DNA from: Asterias rubens
Taxonomy: Eukaryota
DNA length: 64,000 bases
Reading direction: 5' to 3'
NCBI RefSeq assembly: GCF_902459465.1
Contig: NC_047068.1
Coordinates: forward strand, 17,980,001 to 18,044,000
Made by a program: the position numbers and the translations under genes. The notes under the pieces were generated by a model. That model was given only the letters and a program-made list of their open reading frames with translations. It had not been told where the DNA came from and searched no databases. Shown piece after piece: positions 48,589-58,908 of the stretch. Within the stretch, counting starts at the first letter, position 1. Each line of letters opens with the position of its first letter.

Positions 48589-48661
48589 TACTCCTAGAAC
48601 TATGAGGTTAATTCCGCTATCGTCTCCTGTTAGCAGAACGAACCTCATAGTTCTAGGAGTA
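48589..48661. mobile_element. 73-bp mini-MITE with 21-bp perfect TIR and 9-bp TSD
   Basis: gtcacacac|tactcctagaactatgaggtt ... aacctcatagttctaggagta|gtcacacac. Confidence 0.85.
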
Positions 48662-49663
48662 GTCACACACAGTCTTAGAAAAGATGCTAGTTGTCAACTA
48701 GAGAAAAGAGTAGAGTGTTAACTGGTTACTTACTTTTTTTAATGATAAAATAAACGAATGAGTTTTGGATTGTCAAATAGTATTTTATAGGCTATTTAAC
48801 CAATAACTGAAATAATTGGTAGCAAACAGGGATAAAGTTAGGCCTACCGTAGTTTTTTCCTACATCGATGTGATGGTGTTGTTACTGTTAGCAATAAATG
48901 GTGTTATTTTAGTGTAGACCCAGTTCAGTAAGAGTAACCTTAGGTGATGTATTCGTGTGTTTTTTTAAATTGAGATCTACAAAGTGCTTCTCAAATTGTG
49001 AAGTTTTATCTACCTATTACTAAGGATTATTCTCCCAGCGTAGACATGGATTGGCCCTGGGTTTTTGGCGTAAACTAAAGATAGTGACCACATTTTGATA
49101 TGAAACTTTCTCATGTTAACTTTATTGTACACTTTTATTTACAATAGGATTGAAACAAACAAACAAACAAATGGTTCAAAGACCATAGTGTACTTTACCT
49201 TTAAATAAGGGAATCAACTAGTGGTTTAATCCCAACGAGGCCTGGTTCTTGATAATTTTACCAAGACAAAGTCGAGGTAAATTATCAAGAACCACACCTT
49301 GGCGGGTTTAAACCACGTTGAAACCAATTCAACACACTTTGATTCCCATTCATAAATCCCTTTTCGGTCAAAAAAAAACAACACTTATGGTCTAAAAGTA
49401 ATTAAATGCAAAAATTATAATTTTTCAATGATTTCTTTCAACACAACATCCCTCCAGCTATGAATTCGCGCGTATCGCATGATGTGGCACAACTGTCTCG
49501 GCCGTGTCACGCCCATGTTTGAACACTTTTTACTTGTTATAAACAAAGGTTTATACACACCCACGTGATGCGCTCTCCACCAATAGGAATAGCGAAACTG
49601 TCTTGGTCTATGAATGTTATTTATGTCATTTAATATTTGACCCTTGACCTTTGCAGATAAACC

Positions 49664-52600
49664 ATGAGTGACCCAGTACAACCTCCGCCCCCATATCCTG
49701 CATCAGACTTCAAAAGCCCTGGTAAGACAACAAACTATTATTTATTTCAAGCTATTTTTATTTTATGTATTTATTTGTTCTGTTTGGAAATTTCAAGGAA
49801 CATTACAGAATTGTTTCTTTTTCTAACAAAACAGTTGATGGCAGTGTAAGCACTTGATGTCATCCACCATACATTTATAAAGTTCTGACAAACTTGTACA
49901 AGTTTGAGATCGATCGCCCATCTGGGTCATGAGAAAATAGTGGAAAAAAGATTACACAATTTGCATGACATTGATTCAAATCAAAAATGAATGCGGTCAC
50001 TGAGTGATAAACTTCAAACAAGAAATTAATTTTATTTATTTTTCATCAAATATGACGTTTCAGACAGAAACACTTCATGGGATGTTTTTTACTATCATCA
50101 TTATTAGACCATGAAAAATTTATGTAAATCTGTGATCTTAGACAAGTTTATTTTTCTCACCAATTCAGTCTGTAATGTTCCTTTAATCACTATATTAGAA
50201 AGTGTGTTGATTTGAAAGAATGTGTTGATGTATGTTCAATAAACAACTAAACTCTAAACCCCCTTTGTCACAGTTCATTCTTTTACATCTCTCTGTGTTT
50301 CTACTTTCACAACTTTTTAAACCAAAATTGGTATCAACATGGGGTCTGTTAAAACAGTGCCCCATTAGAGCATAGATTATGCTCTTTTCAAATGAAATAA
50401 TAATGAAATACCAAGTATGAAGTATGTCATGAAAGAAATGATAACCTGAGTCAACAAACGATTTGTTTTGCTTGATCGCATCACAAGCTGTTTATATTTG
50501 AACAAGCACTCTCATTAGGTAATCTCATTTACATTGTATCTGTTGGGTAAGTATACTTAAGTAACCCAACAGAATTAAAAGGCATTTAGCAAACATCATT
50601 TATTTAAATATATTTAGATTTCTTTTACACAGAGAGATATTGAATTGAAAAACACAGTACTTGCTGGACTTGTCCTGTGGTTAGTTTACTGCTATGACGC
50701 TAAATTCTTGCCTCGGGGTCGGGGGCCCCAGTCCATTGTGAAATTTAAGCCCTTTTTGCTTTGAAATGCCCACTAAGAAGCGCATAAAATAAATGTAGTC
50801 TACAATGTCTGTGTCTGTCTACCATCCTTAGATGCATTGTACGTGTACATATCTAGGCATAGTGGCACCTTTTCTTGGCTAGTTGTTTGTATAGCATGTA
50901 TAGGCAGATGTTATAGTAGTTGTGTGCTTGTCAGAACTAACAATATTGTTAGTTCTGTACATTGTGCCACTATGTATTTATAAGAGACCTAGACACTACA
51001 TCAATACTTCACTCCCATAAAGCTATTTGTCAGGAAAATTAATACTAACTGGTACAATGACAATTCACAAAATGACTGCTAAAGTTAGAATTCGAGACTA
51101 TCATGTTTAACTCTTTGTTTACAAAAGAGTGTTTTTGCATTTTGTTTACATACCACACTGGTCATGTGGGAACTTTTATTTTGTGTCTTAATTTGCTCAG
51201 AATTTTCAAACACTATAAAAATGAACAAGTTTTGAGATGTTCGTATCAAATGTTGATACTGAACAAGTGAGATTCTCAAGAAAGTTTGGAAGCTGGAGAG
51301 AATTTTTACAAGTCTGAAGTTCACAAGCCATTAGCAGAAGCCATTCCCAACAAACTAAAGTGTACACAGGCTGTTTTTTTATACTTTTTTCTGTCTAATG
51401 TGTTCAAAATGGATAGTTACCTGCAACAGGGGCAGGCTGGGTACCCGCCAAAGGGTCAACCTTGGTACCCACAAGAGGGTCAACCTGGGTACCCTCCAGA
51501 GGGTCAACCTGGGTACCCACCACAGGGCCAGCCTGGGTACCACCACAAGGCCAGTCTGCATACCCACAACAAGGCCAGCAGCCTGGGTACCCGTCACATG
51601 GCTAGCCTGGGAACCAACCACGGGGCTTGCTTGGAGCCACCCAAACCATTCCCAACCAATTAAAATGTTAAGTTTTAACAGCCAGTATATGTTTCTGTCC
51701 AATTTGTTTTAGATGGGAGTTACCCACAACAGGGGCAGCCAGGGTACCCACCACAGGGGCAGCCCGGGTACCCGCCACAGGGCCAGCCTGGGTACCCTCC
51801 AGAGGGTCAACCTGCATATCCACCACAGGGTCAACCTGCGTACCCGCCTCAGGGTCAACCTGGGTACCCGCCTCAGGGTCAACCTGGGTACCCGCCTCAG
51901 GGCCAGCCCGGTTACCCACAGGGCCAGACTGTTGTCGTCAGTCAGCCAACCGTCACCACAGTGATTCAACAGATGTTTCGGGAGTTTCCAGTGCAGTGCC
52001 AGTGTCCCAACTGCCACAATCAAGTGACATCCCAAATGACTTATGTAACTGGCTCGCTGGCCTGGCTGCTGTGTGTAATCATGTTCTTCTGTGGGTAAGT
52101 TGGAACAACCAATAGAGGCAGGCAAGGTTTTAGACAGGAAAGGGTTCAAGGGTGTCCAAATTTGCTGGAAACTGCGTATCCGAATTGTTCACTTACAATA
52201 CATTCACATGTACATGACAGATTAAAGAGTGTCCAAAATTTCAAACAGGGTGTCCAAAAGACACACAGACACCCCTCTGGATAGCACTATGGAGGCAGGA
52301 TTTTATTCCAAATTTGAAATGGGATGCCAAGGTTGATGTTATCATTTTAAAAGCAGGGCATCAGAATCACTCTCTTTAAATAGGTTTTAAAGTAAATTAA
52401 GTGTTCATGTTTGTATTGATGATACCAAAAGCGGTATCATTGAAAACCATGTGGATGATAATTATATTGAATGGTCAGGCCTGGTCAATGCCCCTACCCA
52501 TCGAGCTGTGTAACCCATCTGTGAGTTCAGGACCATAACTTCTGGGTTTTTTTAAAGGAAAAACATGCAAGCAACCAATTAAAAACAAGCAAACAAACAG

Positions 52601-52961
52601 ACATGCCCTGTAATTACACAGAGGCCAGGCCATGTTGCCCCATGTCTTGGCCTGGCTCTGTTGTCCTGGTCTTGGCATTGGTGCCCCTTTAAAAGTTTCC
52701 CATTGACTTTAAGATTTTCTAATAGAAGTGCCCTTTGTAAAATGAAAAAGGCCTTGCCCTCTCAAAGATGAAATTGCAGGTCTAGCTTTATGTACATGGT
52801 ATGTTTGTATCCCCTATTATTAATATTATGTTTTCTCTTCCACTGCTCTGTGTAGGTTGTGGCTGTGTTGCTTCTTGCCATTCTGCATCGATGGCTGCCA
52901 AGACGCAATCCACAACTGCCCAGTTTGCAAGTACCAGCTGGGCGTGTACAGTCGCCTCTAG
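49664..52961 (+). CDS. LITAF: LITAF/CDIP1-family protein, 181 aa, 3 coding exons
   Basis: Exons 49664-49721 (PPPPY), 51713-52094, 52856-52961; phases 1 and 2 match. YPPQGQPG repeats, then the LITAF domain CQCPNC-hydrophobic segment-HNCPVCKYQLGVY. Confidence 0.93.
49796..50182. mobile_element. TTAA-type MITE, further Kolobok-like family, in LITAF intron 1
   Basis: aggaacattacaga / tctgtaatgttcct|ttaa TIR. Confidence 0.75.
51385..51640 (+). pseudogene. Decayed duplicate (pseudo-exon) of the 5' part of LITAF coding exon 2
   Basis: Homologous upstream intron (ttctgtc-aat-tgtt) but acceptor tag replaced by aaa. A 1-nt deletion follows the repeat unit ending near 51540, and CAG>TAG occurs at 51603 in the repeat frame. 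Confidence 0.75.
52605..52783 (-). mobile_element. CAGG-ended MITE family C copy
   Basis: gtcctggtcttggcattggtgccccttt..gtgccctt..ttgccctctc..gatgaaattgcagg. Confidence 0.65.
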
Positions 52962-53543
52962 GCTAACACCCAAAACGAGGTAACCCCTTGACCCTTCACC
53001 CCTCAGTTATACCCAGTGATACCCATTAAGGTGGCTTATGAGGTTATTACAAGTGTACTTTTAAAATAGTGACGTCATTTGGCACTTTCCTAGAGAAGTA
53101 AGACTTTCTATTTCTTAAATCCCAAGGTTATAGTCAAGATTTGGTAAAAATTAAGAGGTGTCGGGTTATTGTAAACAGCGTGTGTAAATTACTTGTAACT
53201 CTCTAACATGAATATTATAGGTTTTCTAATGTAAAATACATGTAAATGTTTATAGACTCCCTTTGGCTTACAGTAAAGCCCGGTTCATACCTTCTGCAAA
53301 TGCGAAGCATTTGCAGGAAGTACACTGTATGAACCTGGCTTAAAGGTGGGGGCAGTCTTGGGTCAGCCACTAAAAGCAAGAGTGCATGGGAGACCCAGGG
53401 CCGACTCGAGGTAAAGCAATATGGAATGTACCAAATGTTTGCTTCTCTCAAAATTTAATTGTCTCTCTTTTACCAACAACTTGGAGGAGTTGCAGGTACC
53501 CAAATATGTTGCTAATGTACCCAGCAATGTTGCATTATGTGGA

Positions 53544-53967
53544 GGTACATTTATCCTGTTGCCTACATGTAATAGATGACAGGGTACATTTAACCTGTTG
53601 CCTATTAGGTATTAGGTGTACATTTAACCCATTGCCTACTAGGTAAGGTGAACATTTAACCCATGCGTAATACACTGTAGGTGAGAAGGTACATTGAACC
53701 TATTGCCTAATAATAGGTAAGGGGAACATTTAACCACTTGCCCTAAATGTACACTTAACCTGTTGCCTAATAGGTAGTTTTAAGGGGTATATTTAACCCA
53801 TTGCCTAAAATGTGAGTGTATGTACACTTAACCCGTTGGCTTATAGGTAAGGGGTACATTTAACCTGTTGACCAAATAGGTAAGAAGTCATTGAACCCAT
53901 TGCCTAATAGGCAAGGGGTGCGTTAACCCAGTGCTAATAGGTGAGGGGTTCATTTAACCCATTGCCT
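53544..53967 (+). repeat. Minisatellite, about 13 units of about 32 bp
   Basis: Consensus approximately taggtaaggggtacatttaacccattgcctaa, with variable spacers. Confidence 0.85.
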
Positions 53968-54613
53968 CAAAGGTACCCAGATAATTGTGAAATACTGCAT
54001 GTACCCCTATGACAAAAAGGTTTAACATGTGGCATTTATCTTCTTGTATAAGATCAAGCTATGATATTACTTTATTGTAAACTTGTATTTTTACCATTTA
54101 ACTTTTAGAACTTTTTACTTTTAGAAATAAATTATGTAACATCATTTCCAACAATTATTCCATTGTGGTCGCAAACTTTGATGCAACTGCGTGAGTCCAC
54201 AAGTGGCCCAAATTTTGCAATGAAGGTTGCACAAATGAACTATACGCAGTGTGAACATTTGCGAGCTGCAAGCTGACGTAAAGAGGCTTCGAAGTGGCTG
54301 CAGAATTTTTTTTTCAAATATCTGTATGTAGTTAAACATTATCAGTGTCAAGAATAAATGTGGTATTTTAGCATTATACATGTACGTAATATTAAATGGA
54401 TTTTTAAAAAAAATAGCTTAGCCATTTTATTTTATGGGATTATTTTCTGCATGCTTTTTAGTATATTTTTTTTACAGAGTTTCGTGTATTTAAAGTTCAT
54501 GTATAAGTATATCATAATACACTAACTCAAAAACTAGGGATTTTTTTCTTCATGAAAACACTTCTAACACTCCTGCACAACTCCTAAAATATTTGTAGAT
54601 AATAAAAAAAAAA

Positions 54614-54935
54614 GTGGCCAAGCGGTTGATAGCAAGTTCTGGTGGTTAAGTCATCGGAGTGTCTGTTCAAATCCCGGTCGTGACATTTGTGTCCTTGAGC
54701 AAGATGCTTTTCTATAGTATGGTGTAATTGTTTCTCTTCACCCAGGGGTTTAAATGGGTACCTTTGAGGGAGGTGTTGATATTTTGTATGAAAAAGGCTT
54801 CTCAGAGCTGAGAAAGATTAAAAGGATGTTATTGGCCCAATGACCAGGGCACAAAAGCGCATTGATATGGTCATTGTATAATGCATGATATAAGAACTAG
54901 TTATTATTATTACACAAGTATTATTATTATTGTAC
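54614..54935 (+). mobile_element. tRNA-headed SINE with CORE/V-like central domain and (att)n tail
   Basis: gtggccaagcggtt (A box), gttcaaatccc (B box), tgtgtccttgagcaag..cttcacccagg..aaatgggtacc, tail ttattattatt. Confidence 0.7.
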
Positions 54936-56866
54936 TTAGCTTCTATTTGTGTGCTTAAGCAGCTTCTTGAGGGTTAGGCCTAACTATTATCATTGGTAAA
55001 TGCAGCTCAATTTGAACCAGTTACTCAAACAGAACATTCAATTTAATTTTGAAAGGGTTAGTTCCTTTTAAGGCAGTATTCAATTATAAGCTTTTTTTCC
55101 CATGAAGTTTTTGTTGTTTTTACTTTTAAATCAGATCATTAATTTAAAGTTACAAATTAGGAGCTAGTTAAACGAACATGTATACATCAGTTCATCAGTA
55201 CACATGTATACAGGGCTTTACACATCTATGTAAGGAGAAAATCCAAAAGTTTTGTTTTATCCCGAAGCAGAAAACTAACAGCTGTATGATTTTTTTATGC
55301 TGCTTGCTATATTTTGTTCTTAAGTAGCCCTATGAAATCATTGCCTTTGTCCTCATTCCACTTTGCTGCACTTGTCAATGTCATTTTATCAAAATGTTTA
55401 CTTTATTTAACTGTTTTATTTTCACTTGGCACATCGGCTGCACCTACCAAGGTCATTTTACCGCAGGGTCATGCATTCAGATTTATTGTCAAACTATATT
55501 TTATATTTTATTGATAGTTTTATTTTTAGTACAGTTTAGGATAGTTTAGGGTAGTTTTATTTTTAGTTATCAGTACATACAAATTAGTTTTACGAATTGT
55601 GGTAAAAAAAACTTAACAAAAGTAAAGCTCACATTTTATCGATAGATTTTGTGGAAGTTCAACAATTTTTTAAAACAAAGTGATAGTATCTCTTATAGTC
55701 TCGTTTGGCACTGCCCAGGATGACCAACTTCAATAATATTATGATGTTTAAAGGGTCTGTATACGTTTGGTAATGAATTAATGACAATAACAACTTTTGA
55801 TTAGAAGCATACAGCAGCTTTCCATAGTAAAAAGCTGAGAATTTTTTTTTTAAATACATTTTACTTAGAAGTAATGTGGTTAAGGGAAATTACATGTACA
55901 GTGTGTATATCAGTTTTAAGCCCCAGAATGTGTAACTGCAGTAACGCTTCTCAGATTGTGAATCCAATTGCAGATTGTTCTTTCTGCGAGGACATAACCT
56001 CTCCAGATTTTCGCCAATATCTCAAAAATGCTATTACCTTTTGAAATGAAATTTTCACAGGTTTAGTTCTATGGTATCTACAACTATATGTTGGATTAAA
56101 ACAAACCATTTGTTCTAATTACCAAGCGTATTACAATCCCTTGAACGAAATGAAAGTAAAAAATGTGTGTCCGAAGTTGTTTCCTGAAGCATTGGAATTG
56201 TTTTTATTTATTTCTTATTAACTAAATGAATGTACTATAACGTAGTCTCTTCAGATTGTGTGTATGGTTTTTCGAAGTGCATACCATGGTGTGCTCCTCC
56301 CTTTCGGAAAAAAACTAATTATATCCTTCGTACTTTCGAACTAATACATGTATATCTATAATTAATGTAGTTATTGGGCTTATGAAAAAGTACTGTGGCT
56401 ATATACAATGTAAACAGTGAGTGCTTTATATTTGAACTGATCTTTGTCATTTTTTCTTTTTTCTTTTTTTTTTTTGGGGGGGGGGGTTAAACTTGTTTTA
56501 TCTCGTAGATTTCGTTCATGCACGCCAAGGAGATACCCAGTCTGCACTGCACAAACTTGGGTGTTAAAAATCGACACAATGTAATCAAAATTTACCATAC
56601 ATGGTGTAACAAAATAATAGTCATTTATGTCATCAAAATTACATTGGTGTGACTTTAACACCCCTTAAAAGTAACACCCCTTTAAGTCAATTTCAGTTCT
56701 CTCTCCGGTACATCATAATGTATGTGTCACCACGCATAGTGTCAATTTTAATACCCCAGTTTTGCAAGGCACAGTTTGTAGGGTCAGACGTAAACGTTTC
56801 AAATAACATTCTGATGACATAAATTTACTTTCAATTGTTTGTGTGCTTATTTTGATATTGCAAACC

Positions 56867-57037
56867 CAGGCCTGAAACTATCACAGAGACCCCGGAGATG
56901 GCCTCTGTTGCCCTTGGCCTTGGTGCCCCCTCAATATATTCCCATAGATAGTTAAGATTTCCAAATGGAAGTACCCCTTTTCAGAATTAAAATGGCCTTG
57001 CACTTGCACTGTTATTCAAGATGAAATTCCAATCCTG
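56867..57037 (-). mobile_element. CAGG-ended MITE family C copy
   Basis: caggcctgaaac ... gatgaaattccaatcctg; flanks caaacc/caatac. Confidence 0.7.
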
Positions 57038-58184
57038 CAATACTTCAAACCAAAGGCTATCGTACCTGTAAAACAATATGAGCAAGAATTTAAATCAAAT
57101 GAAAGGCACGTGACCATACAGTTGGTTAGTTAAATAGTATTCCTTGTTTTATTTGTTTACGTTAATTTAAATAAATGGCACCAATGGAATCAACAAGATC
57201 AAAATAATTAAAGCTATTTAGCGCCACAAAATACTTTCACATTGACATATCTATACAAACGCTTGTAATTAATTTTTACATTTTTTTTGCTGATACAAAG
57301 CATGTTATGGTGTTGCTTTAAAAAGCATCCCAGCAGTAAAATCTCAAATTTAAATAAGTCTGTTATTCTTCGATTGTGCCTGTTCCAGTATCATGTATGT
57401 GCTTCAAAAAGTGATATGAAAACCAATAATGTCTGTTAATGAGTTTTCAAGGACAAGCAACAAAGTTAAAAAGTTGTGCATATTTATTTTTAAAATTTAT
57501 GGTGAAAATGGATTTACAACTACGTTTTGTCGTATACATGCATGCTGATCTACAGTCTAGAATCTTTGTCTAAGTCTTAAATTGTTATACTCTTTGAAGG
57601 TGACGGTTCTAATGCAAAAACATAGTTGAAGGCAATTACAAAAAAAACTCTAAAGTTCCCACTGATTTCGAAGATAATGTACAAGTTTACTGTTTAAAAA
57701 ATGGCATTACTTTGTAAAAAAGGTACTAACTGATTGGGATTAAGACGGTGGGAACATACATACTTGCACCCACAAATAATAATACGTCGACAAACTGCTA
57801 CATGTACCGGGTGAGCGCTGCTGTAAAACTCCTATTGCACCTTTGAAATCTTTGGCAATCATTTTAAAATATGAGGTTCATAGTTTGGTTTTGGCAACGG
57901 GAATGCAGATATATTGGCATATCAAGAAATGTTCAGTTTAATACAGTTGTATTTACAGAATTTACATTGGTTATTATCACATCGATTTGGTTGATGGGTT
58001 AAAACATAATTTATATTCTTTATTTCCTATGCAAAACTAACGTACTGCAGCAGTGCCTAATGTTGTTTTATTGATTTATAATAAACATCACAATTTCTTA
58101 CCACAAGTTCCGTATATGCGACTGCAGATTTGTACACTATGACACCAACAACCAGAAATTGAGACATGGATGAACTTTTTCTTA

Positions 58185-58342
58185 GGCCCTTTTCGAAAGC
58201 ACGTATTCGGCTCAGGCTAGCTTGTCATCGCGGTTGTGTTGATAATTGCGCGTGCTTTGCGTTTGCGCTTTTCGGGCTATAGGCTCTAGACGAGAGGACG
58301 GAGCCTGATGCAGAATCCAAAGCCGTGGCTTCGAAAAGGGCC
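58185..58342. mobile_element. Harbinger-like MITE
   Basis: tta|ggcccttttcgaaagcacg ... cgtggcttcgaaaagggcc|ata. Confidence 0.7.
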
Positions 58343-58908
58343 ATAGTAGGGCCTATGCCTACTACTACCATTACTATTTTTAACAATCTTTTGGATAGAA
58401 ATTTAAGTTTATGTAAGGGTCATAAGTGCGACTCTAAAGGCACTACGTTTGAGAAAGGATTAAGGCCCGAAGTCTGTCTCAGATTCAAATGCGAAGTTAG
58501 AAATTACCTCTTTCTCCAGAAATGTTACTTCAAATGTAGTTGTTTACTTTCTCACATGGTTTATTTATATGTACAAGTTCGTCCCAACAAGGCTAAAAGC
58601 CACTCTTGGTATGGGGCTACAAAGAGACAAATTATTTGTCTGCGAAAAGAACTAGGGGAGATGAAGGTAGGAATCGATATTCCTCAGTCTAAGATGTATT
58701 TGATGGAGGGAAACATGCACCAGGCAAGGAGTTCCAAAGAGATGCAGTGCGTGGAATTAAGTTATTGGAATGGCTAATAATTGTCCTACATCTACATCTT
58801 ATACTATCAATAGCTCTTTGTTGCCCATTACCAGATGTTTGTGGTGATATATATTTTTAGTAATTTCCCAACATGTCCAGTGTTGAACGAGTTGTCATCT
58901 TTACTGCA

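Noticed and set aside
53544-53967. CRISPR-like array
   Set aside because: Eukaryotic context, degenerate units, short related spacers and no cas genes; a minisatellite.
58325-58777. 150-aa plus-strand ORF
   Set aside because: GTG start inside a MITE end, antisense to the GPCR 3' region, and no recognisable domain.
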